Shown: piece after piece, positions 26,016-40,687 of the stretch
How the letters are laid out: the number at the start of each line of letters is the position of its first letter
How positions within the stretch are numbered: the stretch's first letter is position 1
NCBI GenBank assembly: GCA_964016885.1
Contig: OZ024743.1
Location: 347,572,001-347,636,000 of the forward strand
Origin: Eledone cirrhosa
Lineage: Eukaryota
DNA: 64,000 bases
Direction: 5' to 3'
Notes under the pieces: model-generated
Told to the model about the DNA's origin: nothing
The model's input: only the letters and a program-made list of their open reading frames with translations
Database searches by the model: none
Made by a program: the position numbers and the translations under genes

Positions 26016-26429
26016 GGATAGTTTTTATTATCACTAACCACAGATACATTCTTGATGATTGATTATAAGTGACATTGGTTACTATCAGCTACCTCAACAT
26101 TTTCATCATTACCATTGCCATTATCATGAGCATCAGTAACAGCAGGAGCATTAGCAGCGACATCATCATCTCCCTCACCACCTAATTAACTCTGTAATAC
26201 AAACCACATAGTCATCTCTTGAGTAGCAGGAAAGTATTCTACGATAAATATTATAGATACAATACCGATTATCCAGCAACTAATGGTCAGCGAATTCTAT
26301 ATTTTCACCCATAATCAGAATATTTGAATTCCCTGCCACATTCAGACATGTAATTTATAAGCGACGCTGTATCATTTTATCCACAATCAGTAACGTTTAT
26401 TCTCTCAGCTTCTGAGATAGCTATGAAAT

Positions 26430-27760
26430 GTCATCATCATCATCATGGCTTGGCTGCGCGAATGGAGATTATGAAGCGGGTGGTCTATGTTGTTTGCAGG
26501 CACGCTCATGACTGTTCAGGCCAATGCGGGAGAGGCAGGTACGGCCGCAGCGGCTGCAGTTGAAGGTCTAGTCTGGGTTTAATGATTTGGTGTTTTGGTT
26601 CTCCCTCGACGCTGGTGACCTCCAGCCGTTCACGGACTTCAACATTAGTGACAACGTCACTCAGATGGACGTTGAGGATGGTGCCAAGTCAGCGCTGGTT
26701 GAAGCGCTCAATGGTGGCGATAGGTGACCCTTAACTCTGAGTTATATATGATAGTGGTAAGGACTATGGCTCTGTACACTTTGAACTTGGTACACTTCTT
26801 TAGGTTTTTATTGTTCCACGTGCGTTTGTACATGCTATTGCTGATTTCCTTGTCAATCGTGGCATCTGATGTGATGCTGCATCCCAGGTAGGTGAACAGA
26901 TGGACTATATTCAGTTCAGCCTCGTCAATGGAGATATGGAGATGGTGGTAATCTTCGTGAGGTGCAGTCTTGTGGAGTAGCTCCATCTTCTTTAAACTTA
27001 CTCCGAACCCAATGAGCAGGGCAGCCACTGCGAAACATGAAGTGATGCATTACAAGGGTCTCTCTGAGCAACAAGAGCAACATCGTTGGCAAAGAGTAGG
27101 TCTCGTGTTATTTGTTCCAGCGTGTTCATATGGGCCTCTAGTCGACGAAGATTAAACAGGCTGCCATCAAGACCGTATCTGATGTAGATTCCGTCCTCGT
27201 CATCAAGATCTTCTGTCTTCTACTAGAACATCAGAAGAAGATAGTAAAGAGAGCCGATGTCTGGACGCAACCCTGTTTCACTCCCCTATTGATTTTAAGC
27301 GCTCTGAGAGGTTACAGTTCACTCTTGTTTCTTGTAGCTGGCGATCATGTTCAGGAATTTTTTTTTGGAGTGGGGAGCCGATTCGTTCCATCATCTGCCA
27401 CATTCCTTTTCTGCTCACTGCATCGGTGGCTTTAATCAAGTCAATAAACGACACATCGAGCCCTTTATTTTTCTACAGGAAATTTAATTGGTGCTGCCTT
27501 AGAACACCTACCATGTCTGAGGTGCTCCTGTTGACAGGTCTCTGGGAGACGTTGTTCAGCGATGCCACGTTCAAGCCTGTTTAGCAACACCATTGCAAGG
27601 ATTTTTCCCGCGACAGTGACCAGAATAATCCCCCGGTAACTTGAGTAATCTGACTTTCCCCTTTGTTCTTCTACAGGGTAATGATGACTACATCGCGGAG
27701 ATCTTGAGACAGGTTGCCTTGCTCCCAGCATCGACCACTTGTCTCTGGCAATCTGATTCT
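26430..27760 (-). mobile_element. Decayed RTE/BovB-like LINE fragments
   Basis: SYRGIILVTVAGKILAMVLLNRL, FTYLGCSIT..IDKEI and TKFKVYRAIVLTT, with a (ATG)n tail near 26432-26446. Confidence 0.85.
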
Positions 27761-28867
27761 CTTAGTGTGATAAATAACTGTTTGCATGTATCTTGATATA
27801 ATTGTGAGTGTGCATGTGTGTGTGTGTGAGTATATGTGTGAGTGTGGGTGCGTGTGTGTGTACGTGTGTGAGACTGTGCGTATGTGTGTGTGTATGTATG
27901 TGTGAGTTTGTGTGTGTGTGTATGTATGTGTGCGTGTGTGTGTGTGTGTGTATGTGTGTGTATATATGTGTTTGTGTGTGTGTGTGTGTGTGTATGTGTG
28001 TTTGTGATAGCTTCTAGAAGTGCATACTGTCTGTAGGGCTAGATTTGGACCTGCTCACCGGTATCCAGAAGTATTACAAGATGGAAAATGTCAGCTGGTT
28101 CAGTTCAATGACATGCGTTGCTATTGGAATGCTGAAATAGTTTGATTTTTCTGATGGCAAGCTCACGTTTCTCTCTTCCTATCTCTCTCTCTCTCTTTCT
28201 CTTCATTACTCTCCAACCATCTCTGTCGCCCTCCATCTGACTCCATCATACCAGCGTATCGATCGAAAAATCTCTTATTTTTTTCTTTATTTCCTACCTC
28301 TTCCTTATATATTGCTGATTTTTCAAGCTTTGTATTTTTAAACTACTCTCCAAATTTCTTTCATATCATTGCTTTTTCGTTCACTGACACTGTAACACAC
28401 ACGTATACTCACTCACTTATTCACACATTATTTCACTCATTTGCCCACTTCTTTACTCACTTTCTTTCATTCTCTCTCTCTTTCTCACTCCATCCCCCTC
28501 TTTATCTTCCTATCCTTTTCTCCCCCGTCCTCTCTCTCTCTCTCGCCTTCTACATAATTCTATTCATTGGATTTCATATCTCTTTATTCGTGAACAATTA
28601 CTCTATTCTAAGAAATTATTGAATCTATACATATTTATAAAAGATTCTCAGTATGTATATATTTCGTCGCACCCTAAATGTATATACATTTGTATGGAAT
28701 ATATATGTGAATGAATGTAAATATATTTGTGTATATATAGTTATATACATTGTTCGTGGGTGTGTGTACTGTATATATATCAAGAAATAGACGCAGAGAT
28801 CGAAAGTTTACACACACTCACGCACGCATATTAATCTCTCTCCCCCCCCTCTCTCTCTCTCTCTCTT

Positions 28868-28906
<39 letters not shown>

Positions 28907-29469
28907 GTATATATATGTATATATATATATATATGAGTATATATGTACATATATTTATATATATATATATTTTTATATATATATGTGTGTATGTGTACGT
29001 ATATGTGCTCGTTTGTGCGTGTGTGAGCTTGTATGTCAGTATACAAGTATACAAGTATGTATTTATGCATGAACTGCTTTCAATTTTGTTTTGTTTCTTT
29101 TATGTAATGTCTTCACAATAAAGAGCCATTCTCTAGCCATGAATCTAATATCTTTATTTTAAATTCCAACAACATTGTCCAGATTGCTATGTATAGTTGC
29201 TAGGTATGTATGCGTAAGAAGTCCGCCGCTTCGTAATTATCATTTATTGGGTTCAATTCCACTGTTTATTGTCTTGAGCAATTGCCACTATTATTGGTAG
29301 AGGGAAACTGTTTGCATGCCCGTAGGTCGGTCTATATCGCTGTTTCCAATGACAAGCCACCCCTCACAGTAAGTCACACTGGATCTCGCTAATAAATGTA
29401 TGAGTATATTGGAAGTTCATACAGGTATACATGTATGCATTTATGTATGTATATATGTATGAAGGTATA

Positions 29470-29947
29470 TATGGTTTTATAATTCTACAAATGTTTGCCA
29501 ATAGAGAGAGAGAGTCGGTTTCTAACATAGTTACAATACTCTCTCATTGGAATGTATCAACTAGGTAGATATGTATGTATGTATGCATGCATGTGTGTGC
29601 AGGTATGGATGTTATTGTATGTGTGGATGCGTATGTTTTGAGTTGTATGTGTGCATGTGCATACGCTTTGTATCTGTACATGTGTATATGCAGTTATTAG
29701 ATGCAGAAATTTTGGAATGTTTTTCATATTTTTACTGTTCTTGTTTACTGCATTATACTTGTAATTTCCTAACTAGTTGTGTTCTTTCTGTTTCTGTGAA
29801 GCCCAGCTTCTCAAGATTTGTATCGAGGCAGTTACTAACATATCCCAGTGCCCCAATAATCACAGACATAAATCAGAAGGTGTAGTCAGGATGGAGTATC
29901 TGCAGATTTCTCATTAGTTCTGCATAAATATTCTCCTTTCGCTAATC
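29470..29947 (-). mobile_element. 3' end of an RLE-type non-LTR element flanked by (TATG)n
   Basis: Homolog of 51274-51900. Reads KGEYLCR..LHPDYTF..VIIGALG across frames. Confidence 0.75.
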
Positions 29948-29984
29948 TGTATGTATGTATGAATGTATGTATGTTTGTTTGCGA

Positions 29985-30580
29985 TAGACCGGACACCTTT
30001 GCAGAATGGAGGATCATCGAATCCCAAAACAACTTTTGTATGGAGAGCTTTGTAAGGGTAAGAGACCACCTCACAAGCCAAGGCTCCGATTCATTGATTG
30101 TGTAAAGGACGCATTGAAAATAACTGGTCTGATGGGAGATGAATGGGAGATAGAAGCTCTTGAAAGAGAAACTTGGCGTGGAATGGTGAATGATGGGGTC
30201 CCTAAGTTTGAAGACAAACGCATGGAACACGAGAAGATCAAACAGGATGTGCGTAAGCAATGCCCTGGTGGATTTCTCGAAAGGAACGGTGTCTCCATTG
30301 AATTGAAGTGCCCTGATTGTGGAAAAATTTGCTTCTGCAAATCTGGTCTCAGGAGCCAAAGTCGCAGTCATGTTCAAAGAAAAGCAGTGAATTATAATCT
30401 CCACGGTATTGTGAAGGTTCACAGGGAACCTGATGCAAGACCTGAGGCCAGGGAGATACATAGTTGTTGTCAATGTGCAAAGGAGTTCAAGTCTCTAGAA
30501 GGCTTGAAAAAGCCATATCCGAGCGTCACAGATCTAAATCTGACCAGCGATTTCAATACTCTTAGCAGAGTTTTCAGCCA
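29985..30580 (+). mobile_element. RTE/BovB-like 3' fragment with C2H2 zinc fingers
   Basis: RMEDHRIPKQLLYGEL..G.R...KPRLRF.D and CPDCGKICFCKSGLRSQ..H. Confidence 0.85.
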
Positions 30581-32360
30581 TCATGTATGTATGCATGTAT
30601 GCATGTATGCTTGTATAGATAGATGAATAAATGAAAAATTAATGGTTGTTTATATCTATGTCACCGCGTGTGAGAAAATGTACTTTCTGGCTTATAAGTC
30701 TTTACATATTGCTGAATGTGCATATCTGTAAAGAACATATTACAGGCAAGATATCTCTAATTTTATGTATATTTCTACTATTCTATATGAGTACGCGTGT
30801 CCTGGTATTATTTCAAACATTCTCCATCAATAGAGAAAATAGTTAATTTCCAAAGCAAAAATAAGAATATTTCATTTGACATATAATATCATGTAGGAAG
30901 GAAATACATTATCAGAAAACATTATCTTTAAGCAGAAAAAGATGTGAATAATGGTTCAAAATGTATAGAACAAATGCAATATATACATATGATTCGGATA
31001 TACTGAACGCAAATGTGTACAAACCCCGAATAGGGAGGTGAAACACTATGTTTATAGGAGTCAAAGACATACGCTCAACGCATACAAAAGTATGGGTGTA
31101 TATATTTATACACATATACACACACATACAAATGTAAATATGTGTGCGTATGCATATATATATATATACTTCCATACATACATACGTAGTCATATACACA
31201 CACACAAGCACACACACATACACTAAAATATATAATATAATTAATTTTTTTCCTTATAAAACATTAGCGCAGATTGATATATAAATATATATATATATAT
31301 ACTTTCATACACACATATATTTATATATGTACGCTTGTGTATATGTTTATAAATATATACACCTATAATTATGCGTTTACATGTTTCTTTATATCCGTGT
31401 GAGTATTTTTATGATTATATGCCTATACATTTTTTAGACTGTTTATTTGTACACATCTGTATATTAATATTTGTAAATACATTTTTTATTAATACGCACA
31501 ATGATAAAAAAAAAAGACTACCATAAAATGCAGTAAACTTCGTTTATAATGGCATAAAAAATACATTTCCTCATATAATCATTAACGAAATCAAAACAAG
31601 ATTAGAATTTGAAAATGGAATAAAATATTTAAAACAAATACTTTAAGAAATTCAAACAAGAAAATAATTAAACAGAATCTTATAATTATAACGAGAAATA
31701 AAAAAAAATTGAGGACACATTATATGAGGAAGATGAAAAAATAGTGATAACATATTTTAAAATATTTTACTGAAGACGTGTCGCTATCTGATTTAAAATT
31801 TTATGAACGAGATGTCGGTTATAGCATCTTTTGAGGTATGCTTCCTGTATTTACTTTTTTCTCTTTTATTATGTTTTATTTTTAATGTCATAATTCTTTA
31901 CAATTATATATATATATTTTTAATTTCTGCTGATTTTATTCAATTATTTTATTATATATGTTTTATTTCATGTTCCAGTTTTGACTCTTTCATTGCTATT
32001 TTTCTTGTTATTATTTTAAGAAATTAATGTTGTATTCCATGAAAATTTTATAATTTTAATTTTGTTTCCTTTTTTTACGAACATTTATGTGGTTATGTTG
32101 CTTGATGTTGTAGTTTTTGATTATGCTAATGTATCACTTGAAACCGAAATATGTGTTATGAAATGAAATATTATTTGTGTGAATGTTAATAGAAATGAAT
32201 TCTTTTTCTAACACCTACGCTTTCTCATATATGAGCTTACGCGCAATCCTATTTCAAAAACTACCCATGTTTTGTAAACAGTGTATTAGATTATACTATA
32301 TACATATATAATTCAAATACATATAAACGCACACATATATATATATATATATATATATAA

Positions 32361-32446
<86 letters not shown>

Positions 32447-32759
32447 ATGGAAATCACACTTTCCATATTAAAGACCTAAAGGAGAACAACTCGAAAAATA
32501 ATAATAAAATAACCAACGAAGAAAAATGAATAGAATACGCAAGGCAAAAAATCAATGAGGGCGTCCTTTAGAAAAACATAAATACACCTACATGCACACC
32601 CACATAAACACACCCACACATCTATATATATATATATATATATATATCTATATATATATATCTATGTATCCATCACTCTCTATATATATGATTGAATATA
32701 AATATTGTTATATATATATATGGGGGTGTGTAGGTGTAGATGTGTATGCATAAATATCT

Positions 32760-32796
<37 letters not shown>

Positions 32797-33471
32797 CGCA
32801 TTTTTACTATTAGGTAGCTAAATACACACGAAATAAAAAGTAATCTTCCGAAACTGATTTAATGAAATTACTATTTGAAATTAAAAGTTTTGGGATAGAT
32901 TCATAAGATAGATATCGAGCAAAAGATATGTGTATGTGAGTGTATGTGCTTGAGTGTATGTGTTTGTGTTTGTGTGTGTGTACAGTGGAGGTTATGTGTG
33001 TGTGTGTATGAGTATGTGTTTGTGATTGTAGGCATGGCAGTTTCTGCGTAGTTATCAGATTCTATACGTGATTGTGCCTAAATATAATTCTGTATGTATG
33101 TATGATATTGACACAGAGCGAGGTATTTTGCGTTGCGTTAATATTAGTGTACATGCTCGTGCTTGTAGGTATTTAGAAGTGTGATTAAATATGTTTTTAG
33201 ATTCAAATAATTTTACGAAATGTATATTTCAATATTTGCTCTTCGATATATGTGTATGAATAATTATGTATTAATATGAGTGAACATCACAGATAACGAG
33301 AGAAATTATGCGTATATCTGTGTTTGGAAGTTTATATATGTGTCGATATACATGCATGCACGTATATCGTGCATGCATGTCTATAAACATATCTGAATGT
33401 ATAAATGATTGTTAATATATTACTGATTATTTCACTGACGGTGTATAGGTATCAATATTATTACTGTTATG

Positions 33472-34063
33472 AGGGCGGAGGATTGGCGGTATCGGTAGAG
33501 AGTCGGACTCCATGCTTGCAGCAAAGAGTTACGGCTGATTTTAAATCCCGCCGAGGTTAACTTTGCCTTTCATCCTCACGGGGTCGATAAAATAAAGTAC
33601 CAGTCACGCACTGGTAGACTTAATAGACTTTCCCTCCCCCAAAATCAATGGCCTTGTGCCTATATAAGAAACCAATATTATTACTGTTATTATGAGAGCG
33701 GTGGATTGGCAGTATCGGTAGAGAGTCGGACGCCATGCTTTCAAATCCATGCTTTCAAATCCAACCGAGGTTGACTTTGCCTTTCATCCTCATGGGGTCG
33801 ATAAACTAGTCACGCACTGGGGTCGATTTAATCGACTTTCCCCTCCCCCAAAATAACTGGCCTTGTGCCTATATAAGAAACCTATATTATTACTGTTATT
33901 ATTATGAATATAATACTGATAGTGTATTGGCAGTATCGGTAGAGGTTCGGACGCCCTGCTTTGCAGCACTGAAATACAGCCCTTTACAGTCTGATTTCAA
34001 ATCCCAACGAGCTTAACTTTGCGTTTCATCATTACGGGGTAGATAAAATAAAGCACCAGTAAT
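33472..34063 (+). mobile_element. Three tandem family-A tRNA-SINEs
   Basis: Copies at ~33472-33680, 33695-33890 and 33925-34063, separated by AATATTATTACTG-like spacers. Confidence 0.9.
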
Positions 34064-35984
34064 AGGTTTACTTTATATTTAGCGAGGTTTGTATCAGGTG
34101 GATCAGTTTCAGTGCAGCGTTATCGAATATTCTTGCTTGGATTTGTAAAGAGCGTTAGATTAAAATATTAGAAAGATACAAAAGCAGATACTCCTTATTT
34201 TCAAGGTCCAATGACACCTTACTAGACAGGTATTGTGTGATATGTTGAAAATCACACGATCCACATGACAGGTGCAATGTTTCCGAACACGGAAGAACCG
34301 AACTCCCACTGCCATTGCCTCCATCTCACTCGCTCTTCCTATCTCTCAGTATTATGAGCGAATGTGGTCACACGTGCTGGAGAATATTAGGATATGTCTG
34401 CATTTATGTTAGAGCAATTAACATTTACGATAATATATATACATATATATATATATAATTCAAATTTAGAGAGAAAGAGAGAAAGAATTATTCATCATTT
34501 GAGAAACATTTAGTATATTCTACACATATACAATACAAATAATATTTATGAAAATAATACATACATAAGGTGGAAAAAGCTACATTTCCAGACAGTACTG
34601 TTTCATAGTCCAAGAGACGCCACCTGAATGAAAATAGATCTAAGCAATCGATTATTGATTACCTACAACCGATTCCGGAAAAGCCAGCGGAAGACAAGAA
34701 TCTACTCATCAAAGAATTGTCTTTTGATATGTGCCACACTGTACAAAGTACCATTAAATCTCTTTAGTGGCGAGAATCTGCACGTCCTCAAACTCCCTAT
34801 GGTGTCAAAATCGTTTAATGATGAGGGCAGCTACCGAAGGACTGGACGACTTATCTGTTAGAAAGAGCATCGAGATATCAGTCACAATTGAATGAGTTCG
34901 ATAAATTAATAATTTTGGAGCAGTTGTTACATGTGGAATTGAAATTCATTTCTAAAAAGAAACATGTTTCGCAGCCTGACAATCTGGACATACTTCACAC
35001 GTTGCACAACCTGGCATATGACAACAAGTGACCAGGAAAACGAAACGTAGAAATATATGTACAATCGTGACGCTTCTTTTTTGTACTATACACGAAAAAT
35101 GTGGCAGTGAAAATTGTTTACAAAAAGATCGTCACACCGAAAATATGGCCTAAAAAACGTCTATCAAAATACAGAAATTCATGAAAGAATTAATTCATCG
35201 CATGTATATATGACTTAGCACTCATGAATTAGTCGTATTAATTGAGAGGAATTTACATCTATTCAGTACTACCGTTCTACTCATTTTCTATTATGTGTAC
35301 CAGGTTCGAACACGAAAGTACCAAATTCCCACTATCACTCCTCCGTCTCTCCTGTTCTCCCCATCTCTCACTTTTGTGAGAAAATGCTGGTCCATGCGCT
35401 GGCCATCCTGCGGCTCCGCAGACAGTATAGAGAAGGCATTTCCCCGGAGGACGGTGAGGGAAACGCAAGGCTCTCACCTGCTGGAGGCCAAATTTTGCCG
35501 GTGGTGGTAAGAGAGTAGGGCCCCTAGGGCCAAGGACACCAGAGGTTTATACGGCCACGGGCTCAACCGCAAATCTATCGGAGAGCGAACGATATTTGGA
35601 AAGTTTACCCTCCTCGGACCGAAGTGCAGCAGAATCTAGGTTAGTCCAGACTTCACCATGCTGCTACAGAAGAATGTGTCGCTGCATGTGGCATCTCAAA
35701 TGAAGGGTTTACCACCACGGAACGGGAAAATTGCCATGTCTCGTGGCCTTTTGCGACCTCTTGGTGCAGCCCAAACTGGGAGGTGAATCCTGCAGCATCC
35801 ATGCCATGCTTCATGTACTGGTTGAAAGCAGGATGGAGTGGAAGGCGGCCGGATTATAATATTTATTTGCAGTGTCGTGACAGTGACTTCAAAGTTTCCG
35901 GCGTTTGTAGTTGATTCACACACATACACCTACCCACACACATACTCTCTTACACACACACACGCGCATGAACACACACATACG

Positions 35985-36065
<81 letters not shown>

Positions 36066-36672
36066 ACACATATATATATAAGATTCCATATATATATTCA
36101 GTACACTACGTTTGTTATACCATTTGTTTAAATTGTTTTAATTTCCCAAGCTGTTCAAACGACATTCTCTTCTTGCACCTTATTTCTGTTGTTCTAGTTG
36201 TTTCATTTTTGGACATACACATACATACACATTCAAACACCCTCACACACACACACACACATTTACTTACTTGTAAGGGTATGTGTGAGTGCGCATTTAC
36301 ATGAGAAAGTTTAAAAGAAATAGTAGTCCGTATAAAGATAATGAGATGGAGAGAAAGGGAGAGTGAGAGAGAGGGAGAGAGAGAGAGAGAGAGGGAGAGG
36401 GAGAGTATGTGAGAGAGAGAGCGAGCGAGAGAGAGAAATAGAGAGTGAGAGAGAGAGAGAGATTGCCTAAAAGTGAGGGAGAAAGATGAGGAAAAGGAGG
36501 AAAAATTGACAAAAATGATGGGTGCGGAGATGAAGAAGAATTTTCAAAGTAATTAGTGATAATATATCAAATGATGGAAGTATTTGAAGAGTTAAGTAAA
36601 CATAATAAATAATAAATAATGGAGTTAAATGTGTTAATAGAAGCATTAACAAACTATGACACTTACACACTT

Positions 36673-36704
<32 letters not shown>

Positions 36705-36720
36705 TTATGTATATATATAT

Positions 36721-36874
<154 letters not shown>

Positions 36875-36879
36875 GTATA

Positions 36880-36962
<83 letters not shown>

Positions 36963-37839
36963 ATACCTGTGTATGTGTGTGTGCTTGTGATTGTGTGGGT
37001 AAAATATATACGTTTTTTAAAATACACACACGCATACACTGAACAAACATACGCATATAGATACGTACCTGTCTGTATGTACTTGTACTATGGTGTGTAT
37101 GAGTGCTCATGTGTTTATTTATATACGCATCAATATGTATGAATATTTTCGTATGTGTGTATATATGTATTCATTTGAGAATTAATGAAGTGTGCATTTA
37201 TGAGGCTCTATGTAACATGTGAAAGAGAAAAATTACAAAAATCTTTTTCAATATACATAAGGCGAATAATAATGGCGATGAATTTAACATGATCAGCTAC
37301 TAACATAATTAGCAGGGAAAATAGATAATGAAATAAACGAAATCAATATTTCAAGCGAAATCAATTGAAAAATAGTGAACAAACCAAAAAAAAAAAAGGA
37401 AAAAATAAAGGCAAATATATATTTTTTGAATATATAAAAACCAATAATAATAATTAAAAACATATAATATAAAAACAAATTATAATTTTAATCAACCAGT
37501 GTGGAAAATATATGAGGTCGAGCAAATTTAAAACTATCGATCTTGTACCTTAAACGTAATTATGACCTTCCTTCCCTCGAAATACTACTCAATTCTAGAT
37601 GACGAGACAAAATTCGACGCTTGCAGATTTCTCAGATTCAATAAATACAATGTAGGATTTTTCCTTATATAGATAGCTGTTTGTTGCTTTTCTTCAGTAA
37701 TTAAACAAATACGTGTTGTCCTTATGCGTGTTATAGTTGGAGTTGTTGTTCTATATAGATTTGCCAAACATCTACGGCGTATACAAAGCTTAAAAATTAC
37801 TACACAGCATCTTTAATATATATATATATATATATATTT

Positions 37840-37977
37840 TAGTCCAGAATTAGCCGTCGAAACGGCTTGAGCTCAGCCGTCGGGGTCCTACTCGTTCCTA
37901 TTACCCACTCTACTACCCTAAGTATTGAGTACTTTGGTGCGTTATGGTCCACCTGGTTCCTTACCGCATTTCCTTCG

Positions 37978-38020
<43 letters not shown>

Positions 38021-38154
38021 TCCAGAATTAGCCGTCGAAACGGCTTGAGCTCAGCCGCCGGGGTCCTACACGTTCCTATTACCCACTCTACTACCCTAAG
38101 TATTGAGTACTTTGGTGTGTTATGGTCCACCTGGTACCTTACCGCATTTCCTTC

Positions 38155-38156
<2 letters not shown>
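37840..38156 (+). mobile_element. Two tandem ~140-bp Naiad-like terminal units separated by (TA)n
   Basis: 37840-37980 and 38018-38156 are near-identical and match 19076-19170. Confidence 0.88.
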
Positions 38157-38202
<46 letters not shown>

Positions 38203-38627
38203 TCCGGCAAACCAAAGATGTGGGTTCGGGTCCCATGTACGTCAATACTCATCCTTTTTCCATTTAAAGTGTTTGTATTTTTAATGCCAGCTAACAGATT
38301 AATTCTATTTAGTCAAATACGGCGTAAGCACATGTTACTACCTAATTTACAAATTCGCTAGACGTTTCTAAATAAAGCTTGCTTTGTGTCTCAGGCCTCG
38401 CGCACCAGGACTGAACAAACTCTAATTCACCGCCTTGGCTCTTATTCCCCGCTTGGACTCAACTCACCTCTCCAATTTCTCCAATACCCATTATCATACC
38501 CCTAGATTCCTATCGCTTTCTCTTGATCATTAGCAGCTTCTCTTACAACTAATACATGCCGACTATATATGCTCACTCCACTTTCCCTTCACTGCCCTAT
38601 ATACACACATCTTGGTAGTCCATCGAC

Positions 38628-39325
38628 AACGATGATGACATCCTCTTTATTGTTGTTCCCGTCTGCCGTTGGCACGAAGGTGGCTGTGGAGGCCGATCCT
38701 TCACTTGCAGGTCCGGGGACAGTGGGGACTGGGGAAGAGACTGGAGTCAGACTGGCAACTCCCAGAGGTTACCTCCACCTCTCGCCCATCGCCGCAGGGT
38801 TTTCGGAGTGTACGCTAAAGAAGAAACCTGTGCGGGAAAGGTTTATAGTGGGAGGGCCAGTGCACAGTGACGGTCTCACTCACTCGGCCACACAAGTCAG
38901 AATCCGGTGGTACGGAGGACCGTCACGATTAGGGACTTCCTTGGCTGCAGTGGATGCCCACGACGTCTGTAGTGCCTTGCCGTGCCCTAGCGCTCCACAC
39001 CGCTTGCTGTCGCCGCCTTTGTGACCGTTGGGATGATGTTGTCCTCCTCCACTTACTCCGTCGGGTCCAGTCTTCGTATGCAGAGGCAGGCATCCCCTAT
39101 CTAACTCACCGGGGTGTTTCAGACCCGTCCGGCTACCCTCAACCTGGTTCGGCCCGCAAGCCAAGGCGGTTTACCGGGGTGTGGCCGCTGTCGCATGCTA
39201 CAGCTTATTGGGGCCACAGGTGAGAGCTGAGTGTCAGGTGGAACCCAATGCAGGACGAGCTGTCTTGAAAAGGGCATGGCTAGCCCTCCCTACAGAGGTA
39301 CATGCCCCTCCCTGACACCCCAGGC
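38628..39325 (-). mobile_element. Internally deleted RTE/BovB-like element (5' UTR joined to 3' end)
   Basis: 3' part reads CK*RIGLHSHLRA (RTE terminal Zn-finger remnant) before a CATCATC tail. The GC-rich 5' part resembles an RTE 5' UTR. No RT. Confidence 0.6.
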
Positions 39326-39713
39326 ATATACACACGCATATACATACATATACATATGTACATGTATATATACATATTTACACATTTTGGATGGCCGTTG
39401 ATTCTTATGATTTCTTCCGCCCTTTGTCAGGTTTTGTTTTTTGTCCTGCAGTGTATCCAAAATCACCTTCCCTCACCAAGTAAACTTGGTGGGGTTGCCA
39501 GTTTAGTCGCCGACGACCCAACCATGCGACATGTTGCACTGGGTTACATGTTACCAGTAGCACACAAGAGTGACCTGACATAATATACACACATACACAC
39601 CATTATATTAACATACTTTTGCTCATAGCTTTGTACTTACATGCACACACTCTTTTACTCACATAAACACACACATTTCTTCTTAGCTTCGTACGGACGT
39701 ATAATAACACACA

Positions 39714-39764
<51 letters not shown>

Positions 39765-40064
39765 ACACACACACATACACACACACACACATACACACGC
39801 ACGCACACACACACACATACACTCACACACGCACATGCTTATGCAGGTGCACAAGTATAGCTCTTTTTACAAAACGTTTTTTTTGTCAATTCAGGTAGAC
39901 GCGCTCTAGCATCCACTTTTCTAAAAAATAAATCATACACAAAATGCCAGCACCAACGGTTTTGCAAGAGATGTCAACATGAATGGACCTAATATTTTTA
40001 TCTAAAGATATTTTTGCCAATTCCATCCCGCCCGTCCCCTCAATTTATCTTATTTCTCATTCTT

Positions 40065-40099
40065 TCTTCTGATGAAGGACTAGCGTCCGAAACGTTAAA
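40065..40099 (+). ncRNA. Minimal hammerhead ribozyme
   Basis: TT-CTGATGA-A-GGAC-TAGC-GTCC-GAAA-CG-T-T-AA. Confidence 0.75.
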
Positions 40100-40220
40100 A
40101 CACTCTTCCTGCTTTATCAAGCGTTAACCGAATATATCCCTTCCATAATCTGTACCGATCGTGTTGTTATTTCTGTTTACCTTTTACACACACACACAAA
40201 CACACACACACACACACACA

Positions 40221-40267
<47 letters not shown>

Positions 40268-40504
40268 ATACACACTTACGCATACACACACACACATACA
40301 CACACATACATATATATATATATAAATATATATATGTATATATATATATATATATATTTAGTATATGTTGGTTGTTTACCGACACCTCAGTATGCAGATT
40401 GGAGCAGCGACGAAGTACGCGGGTTGGTTTGTTTACTCCGGAGTAATGTAAAATAATTAAGTCAAATATGTAAGCTTTGGCTTCGGTTATTACAAATTAT
40501 AGAT

Positions 40505-40560
40505 CTACAGGTATATACATTTCGGAGACAGCCATCATTGGCTGTGACCTCTTCAGGCAG
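40505..40560 (-). ncRNA. Putative hammerhead ribozyme
   Basis: CTGAAGA-GG..ACAGCCA-ATGA-TGGCTGT..CC-GAAA-TGTATA-T-A. Stem I is imperfect. Confidence 0.6.
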
Positions 40561-40687
40561 TCCGAATTGGTGTGGGAAGGATAGGTACACATGTTGTTGA
40601 AGTATGTTTTACTCCGCCAATCCCTCGATATGCCCAGCACCTGGTAGTGTTGTTATTTCTCTGTGGAACTGGAATCATATATAATAA

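Noticed and set aside
31765-31830. CTGAAGA motif
   Set aside because: No matching GAAA box or stems
34585-34720. Minus-strand GAAA-CAGTACTG-TC suggesting a hammerhead
   Set aside because: Upstream box is TTGATGA and stem I is poor, so it is too degenerate to call
35370-35870. GC-rich island, possible exon or promoter
   Set aside because: No coherent ORF or splice structure. Probably a retroelement UTR, but not assignable.
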